A stretch of DNA of 25,056 nt. Source: Cyanobacteria bacterium P01_A01_bin.123 (GTDB taxonomy: Bacteria > Cyanobacteriota > Cyanobacteriia > Phormidesmidales > Phormidesmidaceae). Positions 9,527 to 19,059 of this stretch are shown in pieces (within the stretch, counting starts at the first letter, position 1; every line of letters begins with the position of its first letter). The DNA is taken from assembly GCA_039815185.1 (NCBI GenBank), contig JBCBZT010000081.1, positions 1 to 25,056 of the forward strand, written 5' to 3'. The position numbers were made by a program, and so were the translations under genes. A model generated the notes under the pieces. It searched no databases. It was not told where the DNA came from and saw only the letters and a program-made list of their open reading frames with translations.

Positions 9527-9741
9527 TACTTTAAACCGTTCACTTGATAACAACGCTGAATTGCGTTAAGAGCTCAATATAAACACCCAATTCACATTCA
9601 GGATATTCTATTGGCTTCCTACCTTTCTCATTATGCCCGGTTTCTTGAAAAAGGCTGATTTGTGGATGCCAGATATCCTTAAACTTTCCGTAAGCTACGA
9701 TGAATTTCTGGAGTAGTTGCTCTATTTGCCTATGGCAGCAT

Positions 9742-9775
9742 AACAAAAACGGACTTACAGTTTTGTAAGCCCGTT
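9742..9775 (-). terminator. Rho-independent terminator downstream of hpf/lrtA
   Basis: Minus strand: AACGGGCTTACA-aaac-TGTAAGTCCGTT (12-bp stem with one G-U pair) followed by TTTGTT, ~75 nt after the hpf stop. Confidence 0.75.
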
Positions 9776-9850
9776 GATCACCTTAGTTTAGCCTGGGTAG
9801 CATTAACTGCTATTCGTCTACTCTGAAGGGCATGTCAGAGAGCAAAACCC

Positions 9851-10540
9851 TCAAACCATCGATGTCATGTTGGTGACATCCAACTCTGACGGGTTGGTGT
9901 GTCCATTTTTGTGGTGCCTATGGCCATTATCACTGTGGCCGTTACTACCGTGGCCATTGTTGTAGCGTGGCTGGAGTAATCCATAGCCACCGTGATTGCG
10001 TTCGTAAATCACATTGATAGCGCCCGTTTCCACATTGTGGAACATGTAGAAATCGTGATCGACAAGCTCTAAGTGTTCTAGCGCTTCTTGCACCGTCATC
10101 GGTGGCATCGCAAAATATTTGCTTCTGACTACGGCATCGGGGAGCTGTGGAGTACGCTGGTGTAACACCTCTGAGATATCCGCCGAGTTTTCAACAGGCT
10201 CGATCAGCGCATCTGTAGGCTTAACGGGGAGATGGGCTTTGTGCTGCCGTTTCTCTTTATATTTGCGCAGTTGACGGGTAATTTTGTTAGCCACTAAGTC
10301 AATGCTGGCGTAGAGGTTTTCGCTACTCTCCTCTGCCCGGACAATGGCACCATTGACGTAGATTGTGACCTCTGCCGACTGTTTAGGCGTTATCCGAGGG
10401 TTTCGAGCCACTGATAGGTTGACATCCACTTCATGGGTTAAATGATGGAAATGACAGACAGCCTTCTCAACTTTTTGCTTAACGTAATCGCGGATAGCAT
10501 CAGTAATTTCGATGTTTTTGCCTTGGATAACAAGCTTCAT
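9851..10540 (-). CDS. hpf: Long-type ribosome hibernation promoting factor (LrtA/HPF)
   Basis: [39 protein letters not shown]-terminal domain [21 protein letters not shown]...INVIYER.HGGYG. Confidence 0.97.
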   Translation of the reverse strand: MKLVIQGKNIEITDAIRDYVKQKVEKAVCHFHHLTHEVDVNLSVARNPRITPKQSAEVTIYVNGAIVRAEESSENLYASIDLVANKITRQLRKYKEKRQHKAHLPVKPTDALIEPVENSADISEVLHQRTPQLPDAVVRSKYFAMPPMTVQEALEHLELVDHDFYMFHNVETGAINVIYERNHGGYGLLQPRYNNGHGSNGHSDNGHRHHKNGHTNPSELDVTNMTSMV

Positions 10541-10728
10541 AGAGCGAGCCTCCTTACTAGTTCGGTCTTACAATTTCACCCTAACATCTTGTATTCTGGA
10601 CGACACTCCCGTTTAAGATCCTTTGCATGGGTTGATAATTCTTGATTAGGGTTGTCTTCGAAAGCACAGGGAATTAAGTGAATTTTCCCTTGATTTACCC
10701 GTGAAATTGCAGCACCCTTACGACTGGT

Positions 10729-11445
10729 ATGGGAACCCTAGATTCTTTCAATACTCAGACTTTAACCAACGGCTGCTGGCTTTATTCCCTGGGACAGGTG
10801 CCATTTGAAACCGCATGGGACTGGCAGCAGCACCTGTTGCAACAACGCTTAGAGGATAGTGCGCTGCCGGATGTGCTGCTGATTTTAGAGCATCCCCCAA
10901 CCTACACACTAGGTCAAGGTGCCGATCCGCAGTTCCTTAAATTTGATTTGGCAGCACCACCGGCAGCGGTCTATCGGATTGAACGAGGGGGAGAGGTAAC
11001 CTATCACTGCCCGGGGCAGCTTGTGGGCTATCCTATTTTGAATCTGCGGCGTCATCGCCAAGACTTACATTGGTATCTGCGTCAACTTGAGGAGGTGATC
11101 ATTCGGGCGATCGCAATATATGGCCTATCTGGTGAGCGGGTTGAAGGGCTCACAGGGGTTTGGGTAGAAGGCTACAAAGTGGCAGCCATCGGCATCAAGG
11201 TCAGCCGTTGGATTACGATGCATGGCTTTGCCTTAAATGTATGCCCAGATTTGTCCGGGTTTGACATGATTGTGCCCTGTGGCATTGCTAATCGGCCGGT
11301 GGGCAGTTTGCAGCAATTTATCCCCCAGATTCGCTGGGAACAGGTTCAGCAAACAGTCGCTCGCTGTTTTTCGGAGGTGTTTCAGCTACAGTTGTTTCCA
11401 GATCATGACATTAATCATGTTCTCACTAAACGGCGTATAGGCTAA
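10729..11445 (+). CDS. lipB: Lipoyl(octanoyl) transferase
   Basis: [46 protein letters not shown]. Confidence 0.97.
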   Translation: MGTLDSFNTQTLTNGCWLYSLGQVPFETAWDWQQHLLQQRLEDSALPDVLLILEHPPTYTLGQGADPQFLKFDLAAPPAAVYRIERGGEVTYHCPGQLVGYPILNLRRHRQDLHWYLRQLEEVIIRAIAIYGLSGERVEGLTGVWVEGYKVAAIGIKVSRWITMHGFALNVCPDLSGFDMIVPCGIANRPVGSLQQFIPQIRWEQVQQTVARCFSEVFQLQLFPDHDINHVLTKRRIG

Positions 11446-12166
11446 ACTCATCCGCTAGCTTAGGGGTTAACCGTTTGCGATTGAGGAAGCTGAAAGACAG
11501 ATTTTTCTCATTGGCAGACATGTTTTCGCCACTACCTACCACATAAACAGCTCCTGGGAACGGCAAAGGTTTGAGCGGTGTGCCCTGTTTGGCCATCTTG
11601 CCCTTGAGATCTTGATGGTTGATATGAAACAGGTAGTAGCCACACCCCCGATTAAACTCAGGCTGGTCGGGAATGTCGTTGAGATCGTAGCGCAAAATAT
11701 TCGCAGTTCCGGTTTGTCGGTAGAATTCTCGCCGCTTGATGTAGAGAAACGCCGTGTTGTTCAGGTATTTATACCCCTTTTGGAAAAACCAACCGTTGTC
11801 CTTGGGGTGCTGGCTGATATATTCGGCAAGGCGATTGCTAACACAGTCATCTGCATCCACACTCATCGTATGAGTGGGAGCAAACTTCTGGGCTTCAATG
11901 AGCCCTGAGAGCACTTTACGCCCCTTATCTGCCAGACCGCTGGCAATCCGATTGTTTTCTTCAGGCGCAGAAAATTCGACCTGAAGATAATGCACATGGG
12001 GATGGTGAAACTCAATATCAGGCTTTTCGTTACACACCACAATCACGCGAAAATCAGGATTGGTTTGGTGGCAAGTGGATTTGAGACAGCGCTCAAACAG
12101 CTTACAGACATAGTCCCAAGAGCTAGAGACCTTGGCGCTCTTCAGAGGAATGATAAAGGCCAGCAT
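11426..12166 (-). CDS. GT-A fold (family 2-like) glycosyltransferase
   Basis: N-terminal FIIP strand, [15 protein letters not shown] (DxD) motif; co-oriented immediately downstream of hpsN. Confidence 0.75.
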   Translation of the reverse strand: MLAFIIPLKSAKVSSSWDYVCKLFERCLKSTCHQTNPDFRVIVVCNEKPDIEFHHPHVHYLQVEFSAPEENNRIASGLADKGRKVLSGLIEAQKFAPTHTMSVDADDCVSNRLAEYISQHPKDNGWFFQKGYKYLNNTAFLYIKRREFYRQTGTANILRYDLNDIPDQPEFNRGCGYYLFHINHQDLKGKMAKQGTPLKPLPFPGAVYVVGSGENMSANEKNLSFSFLNRKRLTPKLADEFSLYAV

Positions 12167-12202
12167 GGAAATGATTGGAATAGGAGAATAAGCTGATGCC
12201 GG

Positions 12203-13261
12203 TTAGCTTTTAGATAAGCTTTCTAATTCTTCGGTGGCTTGTTCTTGAGAGGGCTGAACAGGGTAAGTTACTGGCGCAGATGACCTTTCTGCTTCTATGC
12301 GGGTATAGCGCTGACCGTCATCCCACAAACCTTGGGTTAGGGTCCAAACCGCTTGGATGAAACCCAAGAGGTAAAACACAAAGCGGGTGACGATTTTGAT
12401 TGGGGATCCGCTCTTATGACAAGGGGGACGCCCTAGTACATGACAATCAAACAGTCGTCCAAAAAACCGCATTGCCTGGTAAGGCGTGAGATTTTTCAGC
12501 CCTAACAAGAAGTGGTTGTGGTAGAAGGTGACTTGATACTTGAGCGATCGCGTGCTGATATCGTGACACCCTCCCGTTTCTTCACCCAAATGAACCAAAT
12601 GAGCTTCTGGATCGTACCAAATCTTGAAATCCGTGTTGCGAATGTGCAGGCAAAAATCTGACTCTTCGCGCACCGCGCTACCACGAAACCGTTCATCGAA
12701 GCGCAACCCGTGGGTGACAAACAGCGATCGCCGAAAGGACATATTACAGCCCCGCGCCGTGAGTACCTGTTGTGGTTTTATCGTATGTACTAAGTCGATG
12801 TGATACCAGGCAATCCCAGGATCCATTGCCTCAGGAGGCAAATCCTCTATCTCTAAATTCCTAGCATCGGCCAGCTTCATGCGGTCGAATACCCGCCCTG
12901 CCACAGCACCAATGTCGGGTCGATCTTGATAGTTACGGACATGGGCCTCTAAAAATCCTTCAGGGAGTTCCACATCGTCGTCGATGAAGAGAATAATCTC
13001 ACCCTGCGATCGCGCGACGGCATAGTTCCGTGCCCCAGGCAAACTCGCCCAGTCCACACGATATAGGCTGATTTTGCCGCTATTGGCAGCTTGATCCAGA
13101 TAAGCCTGCACCTCATGTTTATGCTGTTGGGTCTGATCCACAACAATCACTTCATAGGCGGGATAGGCTTGTGCCAGCACGCTCTCCAGCGTGGCTTGTA
13201 GCACTTCTTCACGGCCATAGGTGGGCACGATGACAGAAATCAGTGGCCAAATCACCTGCAA
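12203..13261 (-). CDS. hpsN: Family 2 glycosyltransferase, HpsN-like (hormogonium polysaccharide)
   Basis: ISVIVPTYGRE, FIDDD, and recognisable HpsN segments AMDPGIAWYHIDLVHT, FDERFRGSAVREESDFC, LGEETGGCHDIS. GAGGAG RBS upstream (start TTG 13261 or GTG 13255). Confidence 0.88.
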   Translation of the reverse strand: MQVIWPLISVIVPTYGREEVLQATLESVLAQAYPAYEVIVVDQTQQHKHEVQAYLDQAANSGKISLYRVDWASLPGARNYAVARSQGEIILFIDDDVELPEGFLEAHVRNYQDRPDIGAVAGRVFDRMKLADARNLEIEDLPPEAMDPGIAWYHIDLVHTIKPQQVLTARGCNMSFRRSLFVTHGLRFDERFRGSAVREESDFCLHIRNTDFKIWYDPEAHLVHLGEETGGCHDISTRSLKYQVTFYHNHFLLGLKNLTPYQAMRFFGRLFDCHVLGRPPCHKSGSPIKIVTRFVFYLLGFIQAVWTLTQGLWDDGQRYTRIEAERSSAPVTYPVQPSQEQATEELESLSKS

Positions 13262-13384
13262 TACTCCTCACAGTAAAGAACAGCGGCAATACACCCCAAG
13301 CTCAAAACACTACGAAACCACATCCGATTTGAAAACTTGAGTCTTTAGCTTAGGGAAAACAATGAATCTAGATGTGGATAAGGT

Positions 13385-15247
13385 TTAAAACCCTTGGGAC
13401 TGTTTCGCCTTAAGCTTCTTACTTAGTTTGCCCGAAGCCCGCCCCTCTTCTATCCGTTTTTGCAAACGTTCCTGCTTATCAATTTCAGGCACCTTGAGGG
13501 CGATGCCCGCAGCTAGCCAATAGTAGACGTTTACCGGATCCACATCGAGCGGGTAGTAATAGGGAAAATAGCTAATAAATAGAACAAACACCCACATAGA
13601 AGCAGCATAGCCCCGCAGGTTTTTCTCTTTGGTGGAGCGATATGCCTTAAAGGTCGCAACGACCAACACGGTATAAACCACAAGCAGCGAAGCTAGCCCA
13701 ATTAGCCCAATTTCAAACAGCACTTTAGGGTGATAGGTCTCTACCAGCTCAACTTTGCCAAAAATCCGGGCGGCATTGGTAGCTCGGCCTACCCCCCGAC
13801 CCAGCATGCCCTCCTGCTGTTCCATCGACCAATGAAATTGCTCTGCGATAAACTCATTGGGAGGAGACGCTCTCCACCGCCCTTGAAAGCTTTCAATCCG
13901 CGCTTGTACCAGGTCTGGATTGCGAATCACCAGGTAGGTCAAAATCAACCCTAGGGCAATCCCAATTGGAATAAACCGTTTCAGGTTGGCAACTTGGCCG
14001 GTTAAAACAGCTAAAACACCGACAGAAACGGGTACCAGCATCAAGGCGATCCGCTGACCCGATAGCACAGCCATCACCGCCACGACTACCATTGAGGCCA
14101 AACCTAAGGCACGCCAAAACGGCGAGCGATCGCTGAAAGCAGTTCCAAAGCTAAAGAAGGCACTGGAAATCAAGAACCAACCCCACTGCCAAGGGGCCAC
14201 AAAGGTTCCTGGCAATCGAATCTGGCCATGTTGGGGGGTATAGAGCAAAGACCCCCCGACAAAACAGCGCGCCTCGAGAGACGCTTTGAACAGTGCTGAA
14301 CCTGTGCCTACCGTGCCACGACAAGTTCCCGTTTTGAGCATCAAATATTGAATCAGCCCTAGGGAACAGGCCACAATAATCAAGATCACCTGCAGCCGCA
14401 GGATGAAATAGAGATCTTCACGGTTGCGAATCAAATAGTAAATGCACGGGATCACAAACAAATAACCAAACAGGGTCTTAAGGCCCAAAAGACCCATTGC
14501 AATAGCACTATCGCCGCTGGCAAATTGCTGAGGAACATTGACCAAAAGCAGGGTCATGCAAGAAAGCGTCAGCAGCAGCAGAAATGGGAACTTAATCGAC
14601 TTAGGAACCAAAAAGGGAAGATTTTTGCGGCGGCAAAAGTGAATCACCGCAAACAAGGCTGGCAAGTAAAAAGCATCTTTGGCCAACTGTAAGATAGAGC
14701 TGCCGCCGAGGGCGTAGACTACCGTCCCAGAAAACGGCACATAGATAATAAAAGCATAGATGGCAAGCCGGGGATATTGAAATGATAACGCCAAACAAAG
14801 GAGACCAAATCCCAGCCCGACCCCAAGTGCAATTTCTGTTGCCAACCCTACGACTAACCCTATGACCGCACAAATCGCGAAGGAAATCGCGGTAGCTTGA
14901 ATCAGCTTTTGCCTCTCTTTCTGGGCTTTCCGCTCCTGCGCTCGTATTTCTTTGCGGCTGAGTTCGGGTTCGTTGAAGTCATCGCGAGTCGCAGCGCCTT
15001 CACCCTGCTTATCCTGAGGCTTACCCTTCCCTTTGCGATTACCTTTGAGCTTTCGAGCCGAGTCTTTTCGCGCCGATTTGCGACCTTTAAGTGTGTCATC
15101 AGCGTCAAGATCGACCTCATCAAGCTCTTCAGTTAGGGTTGCCGTCCCATTGGCTTGAGACTGAACAGCCTCGTTCGCCGTAGGTCGATTGCGCCCACGG
15201 GGTTTGCTGCGTCTAGAGGAACGGGGAACTGAATTTTTTCTGGCCAT
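13385..15247 (-). CDS. hpsL: HpsL-like polytopic membrane protein (Wzy/O-antigen ligase-like)
   Basis: Many TM helices; LQLAKDAFY, RLPGTFVAPWQWGWFL, SGQR, GRGVGRATN, ETYHPK, YYPLDVDPVNVYYW; adjacent to hpsN. Confidence 0.85.
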   Translation of the reverse strand: MARKNSVPRSSRRSKPRGRNRPTANEAVQSQANGTATLTEELDEVDLDADDTLKGRKSARKDSARKLKGNRKGKGKPQDKQGEGAATRDDFNEPELSRKEIRAQERKAQKERQKLIQATAISFAICAVIGLVVGLATEIALGVGLGFGLLCLALSFQYPRLAIYAFIIYVPFSGTVVYALGGSSILQLAKDAFYLPALFAVIHFCRRKNLPFLVPKSIKFPFLLLLTLSCMTLLLVNVPQQFASGDSAIAMGLLGLKTLFGYLFVIPCIYYLIRNREDLYFILRLQVILIIVACSLGLIQYLMLKTGTCRGTVGTGSALFKASLEARCFVGGSLLYTPQHGQIRLPGTFVAPWQWGWFLISSAFFSFGTAFSDRSPFWRALGLASMVVVAVMAVLSGQRIALMLVPVSVGVLAVLTGQVANLKRFIPIGIALGLILTYLVIRNPDLVQARIESFQGRWRASPPNEFIAEQFHWSMEQQEGMLGRGVGRATNAARIFGKVELVETYHPKVLFEIGLIGLASLLVVYTVLVVATFKAYRSTKEKNLRGYAASMWVFVLFISYFPYYYPLDVDPVNVYYWLAAGIALKVPEIDKQERLQKRIEEGRASGKLSKKLKAKQSQGF

Positions 15248-15347
15248 AACAATGTGCCTTACATGCCTTTCCCAATTTACTCAACCCAGACGACAAGCCT
15301 AGGCATCCCGTCATTGGCAGCGAAGAACTGTACTAAATCTTTATTCA

Positions 15348-15356
15348 AGGATACCC
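15348..15356 (-). promoter_or_regulatory. Possible SigJ/SigF-type promoter element upstream of hpsL
   Basis: GGGTATCCT on the minus strand, ~100 nt upstream of the hpsL ATG; 7/9 match to the GGGAATACT-type consensus as I recall it. Confidence 0.3.
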
Positions 15357-15483
15357 ACAGCTTCGTGTCAGCTTTACAAGCTTGCCAAGATACTCCAGGC
15401 ACAGTAAATCTTGCCTAAACTCAGCCCTCTGATTTTGCCCAAGCTAAAAACTCGAGTTGCAAAATCAAAAAATACGATGTAGC

Positions 15484-16896
15484 TTAACGGCCTAAAAGAT
15501 TGGGCAGGTCACCGCAACCACCAGGGATAGCAGCACGAGTTTTGTCGCCCCCCCAAATACAGCAATAGCGCCGTTGTTGCTCTGACATGCGCTTGACCCC
15601 GGAAAAATCAGCGCCTTCGACCACAGCTCCAGTATAAGCCCCGCTTTGGTAGTCAGGGATATCAGTGCGGGTACGGGGTGAGGCAGTTTCTAGCTCACCA
15701 TAAAACAGGCGAGCTCCCATAACATCTGCCTTAGCTAGGTTGGCATCTACCAAAATAGCCCGGGCTAAGTTCCCCCGGACTAAATCACAACCCTGTAAAT
15801 TGGCGCGAATCAAGTTAGCATCACTCAGATCTGTCCAACGCAGGTCTGTGCCAGAGAGATCGCTGGCGGCCAACATAACGCCCAAATCAATCACGCGGAT
15901 GCCATAACCCCTTTCTTCAGCATAGCCCCCTGACCCATCTAAAATCGGACGACCCAAACGGCGATCGCGCTTGAGTGGCGTTAGTAGTCTCGAACCCGAT
16001 AAAAACCGAATCACCTTGGCTTTGCCTGCCGCATCAATACTGCTGAGAATGGCAGCAGTTCTGGCTTCAGCAATGGAGCGTTCTTGGGGCCAGTCTTCGA
16101 GCAACCCTTCGTCATCGAGTACTAAATCAGAAATACCCTGGAAATAGGCATCGATAGTTTGCTGTTGGGTAATCCGGTTTTGCTGGGTGGTCAAATCACG
16201 AGAGATCACATACTGTCGCCAAGCCACATAGACTGCCAACAGGGCAATCAGAATTTGGCCGAAGGCTCCTAAGAAGTCACCCAAAGCCCCAACCACATCC
16301 CAACGAATGCCCTGACCCCACCTTAAAATTGCACCAGTGAGCCCACTGATTTGCATTAAGCCAACCACCCCAAACAGCGCACCGGGGACAGCAATTAACA
16401 AGGTTTGCTGCTGCGGGGTGAGTTCGGCCAAAATGCCCTGTAAAGAGGGCCAGACTAACCGCATGGAGACCACTGTGGCCACCATTGACCCAGCTAACGT
16501 GAGCCAGAAATCGTTGAGTATTAGCCCCGTAGCTACAATGGCGATCGCAATACTCACCACAACCCGAGCAGAAATCTGACGATCGCGCCGGGATGTCAAC
16601 GTCGATACGGTAGATGGTGGATGACTAAAAGATGCTAAGGGGGAAACGGTTTCAGGATCTATTGGCGATCCCCCACTATCCTCAAGCCCTTTATTCGTCT
16701 TGTTATTGTGAGTCTGGCTATCACTCTGATCGGGGGTAACAGACGAGGAAGTGACATACTCAGCCTTGCCGTTCTCACAATCGATAGATTCAGCCCCATC
16801 AATTTCGACTGACGCAGTCATATCAGTAGCATAGGCTGATTCAGATTGAGGCAGTAAAGCGTCGGGTAGATTTGAGTCTTCAGGTGAGGTGGGCAT
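15484..16896 (-). CDS. Membrane protein with C-terminal pentapeptide repeats
   Basis: Disordered S/D/P-rich N-terminus, about 4 TM helices, conserved QQQTIDAYFQGISDL, then A(D/N)Lxx repeats (SDLSG TDLRW TDLSD ANLIR ANLQG). Start uncertain (ORF open to 16971). Confidence 0.88.
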   Translation of the reverse strand: MPTSPEDSNLPDALLPQSESAYATDMTASVEIDGAESIDCENGKAEYVTSSSVTPDQSDSQTHNNKTNKGLEDSGGSPIDPETVSPLASFSHPPSTVSTLTSRRDRQISARVVVSIAIAIVATGLILNDFWLTLAGSMVATVVSMRLVWPSLQGILAELTPQQQTLLIAVPGALFGVVGLMQISGLTGAILRWGQGIRWDVVGALGDFLGAFGQILIALLAVYVAWRQYVISRDLTTQQNRITQQQTIDAYFQGISDLVLDDEGLLEDWPQERSIAEARTAAILSSIDAAGKAKVIRFLSGSRLLTPLKRDRRLGRPILDGSGGYAEERGYGIRVIDLGVMLAASDLSGTDLRWTDLSDANLIRANLQGCDLVRGNLARAILVDANLAKADVMGARLFYGELETASPRTRTDIPDYQSGAYTGAVVEGADFSGVKRMSEQQRRYCCIWGGDKTRAAIPGGCGDLPNLLGR

Positions 16897-17076
16897 AGCA
16901 TCAGGGTTGCTGGAGGATAGGCTCACGGCCTCTTGATATTTATAGCGGAATCTTTCTCTGCCACAGATCAAAAGGCTTAAATAACTTAGCCCCTTTGCTA
17001 ATTAAAGTAGCCAAACCCGATACTTTTAGATCAGATGGCTTAAGCAGATTAGAAACGTCCCTGGAAATAAATCACA

Positions 17077-17442
17077 ATGTCAACTGGCAAACTTACTACC
17101 CACGTCCTGGATACCGCCAAGGGACGTCCTGCCGCACAGATTACCGTGGAGATTTGGCAGCTTTCACAGCATCCCGAAGCGCGCACGTTGCTGACGATGG
17201 CAAAAACCAACGCGAATGGACGCACCGATGAACCCTTACTTCAAGGAGAGGATTTCAACGTTGGTATTTACGAGCTCATTTTTGCCGTAGGTGACTATTT
17301 TGCAGCAACAGAGGACAACTTACCCAATCCTCAGTTCTTAGATCGGGTTCCCATTCGGGTTGGCATTGCCAATACGCAAGCCCATTACCATGTCCCGCTG
17401 TTGGTTTCGCCTTGGGCTTACAGCACTTACCGGGGGAGCTGA
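17077..17442 (+). CDS. uraH: 5-hydroxyisourate hydrolase (transthyretin-like)
   Basis: LTTHVLDTAKGRPA, TNANGR, HYHVPLLVSPWAYSTYRGS (C-terminal YRGS signature); no signal peptide. Confidence 0.96.
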   Translation: MSTGKLTTHVLDTAKGRPAAQITVEIWQLSQHPEARTLLTMAKTNANGRTDEPLLQGEDFNVGIYELIFAVGDYFAATEDNLPNPQFLDRVPIRVGIANTQAHYHVPLLVSPWAYSTYRGS

Positions 17443-17447
17443 TAACG

Positions 17448-18542
17448 CTACTCGAACAAACGCTTAATTTGATCGACATCAATTGTGAAGTTCATGTTTT
17501 TACTATAGGCAATGATGTCTTTCTGGAAGGGGGTCTTAGTTTGACTTGGCTGACCAAATGCATAGGTATACTCATGGCCACAAGCCTTTGATAGGTAATA
17601 ATAATGTGGAAACGCTACTGAACCTGAAAAAAGCTCGATAACCTTTAATTTAGATCCAAAGATCATATTAGTTAAGCCTGCGCCATGGGGCGACAAAACT
17701 ATCTCAGCATCATAGAATAAATCTATCTGTTCTTGAGGTGAGAGAGTCTCTAATAAATACTTTTTAAATCCATGGCGATCAAGAACCGCAAGCATCTCAT
17801 CCTCGTTAACAATGTGACGACAATTGTAAGCCTTTTCTCGGCTAATATAAATTCTATGCCTCTTCTCACGCGATCGTTTGGGCAAGAGGGGGTCATAAAT
17901 TTTCTGCCGGTAAAAGCTGGGCAGACAGCCAGTTCCCTGACGTACAGGGAAGTCAGACACAATAACCCTCTCTAAGCGATAGAGTTTCCCTTCTTTCACA
18001 GGGTGAGGAATAACATTATCTGGCATAAATGAATTCAAGAAAAACTGGCTCGAAACATGACGAGACAGAATCAACTTCACCTCTTTCTTCTCGTCTTTAA
18101 TCAAAGGGTGCTGGCAAGTCGAGTAGAAACGTGGGAGATTTTCTAGTAGCGCGTGATAGTAATTATTATCGAAGTGGTGAAGTACAGTACACAAGCCTGA
18201 AATTTCTTCCACATCCTTGTTAAAAATGTATTTCAAATTAAAGTCTTCTCTAGATCTGATAACGTTATAAGACTCCAGAATAGGTCTATTCTTGTTAGTT
18301 AAGAGAATTCTGTACTCAGGGCAGTAGAGCACATCCTCCAATATGTGGGTGTTAACATCGCAACTTTTGACCTCAGTGTGAGCATATGCTTGACTAACCT
18401 GAGAGAGAGGCATCTGAACAACTTCTGGAGTCTGGAAAGTTTCTGCACTGAGAAACTTTAAGGATTTCCGCACGGGATAGGCATCTGCCACTGAGACTGG
18501 CCGTACTAAGCCTTGCTTGAGAAGCTTCTTAAAGATCTTCAT
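17448..18542 (-). CDS. Glycosyltransferase family 61 (DUF563-like)
   Basis: NNYYHALLENLPR, RIYISR...RHIVNEDE, EQIDLFYDAEIVLSPHGAGLTNMIF, VIELF. ATG 18542 chosen (ORF open to 18620). Confidence 0.88.
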   Translation of the reverse strand: MKIFKKLLKQGLVRPVSVADAYPVRKSLKFLSAETFQTPEVVQMPLSQVSQAYAHTEVKSCDVNTHILEDVLYCPEYRILLTNKNRPILESYNVIRSREDFNLKYIFNKDVEEISGLCTVLHHFDNNYYHALLENLPRFYSTCQHPLIKDEKKEVKLILSRHVSSQFFLNSFMPDNVIPHPVKEGKLYRLERVIVSDFPVRQGTGCLPSFYRQKIYDPLLPKRSREKRHRIYISREKAYNCRHIVNEDEMLAVLDRHGFKKYLLETLSPQEQIDLFYDAEIVLSPHGAGLTNMIFGSKLKVIELFSGSVAFPHYYYLSKACGHEYTYAFGQPSQTKTPFQKDIIAYSKNMNFTIDVDQIKRLFE

Positions 18543-19059
18543 GAGATTACCAGATGTATTGGGGGAGAATACGATCTTGCACCTGTTACCTAAACGCTTT
18601 TGAGTCAAGCGTGTGGTCAAATTTGGCCACCATAAAGCAACGAAACACCTCGACGCACTAAAGTTCGGGGTATTTGCAAAATCTTGGTCAAATCATCATG
18701 GATAACAAGCTATTTCACAAACCCTTAAAAGTAGTTTCATCTTAGCTTGACAACCCAACGTTCCATATTCGGCACCAAGGTCAATAACACCAGGATTCTA
18801 TGGCAACGATAGCGATATCAACTATTTAGGCCAAGGTGTTTGTCATTGCTTATTGTGCATCTAACACCATCTAAACTCGAATGATATAGGGCCACTATGA
18901 CAGGTGGCCGCTTGGCGTCTCTAGCAAAACAGTTGGCGCGACTTGAGGCCTGGAGCAATGCGGTAAAGAATATATAGTCTGCATAGGTTATCACCCTTGA
19001 GAAATAGGGTGCCACAGACCCCAAGTTATCCTAGTTATTTTGATGTCCCCGATTTTCCA

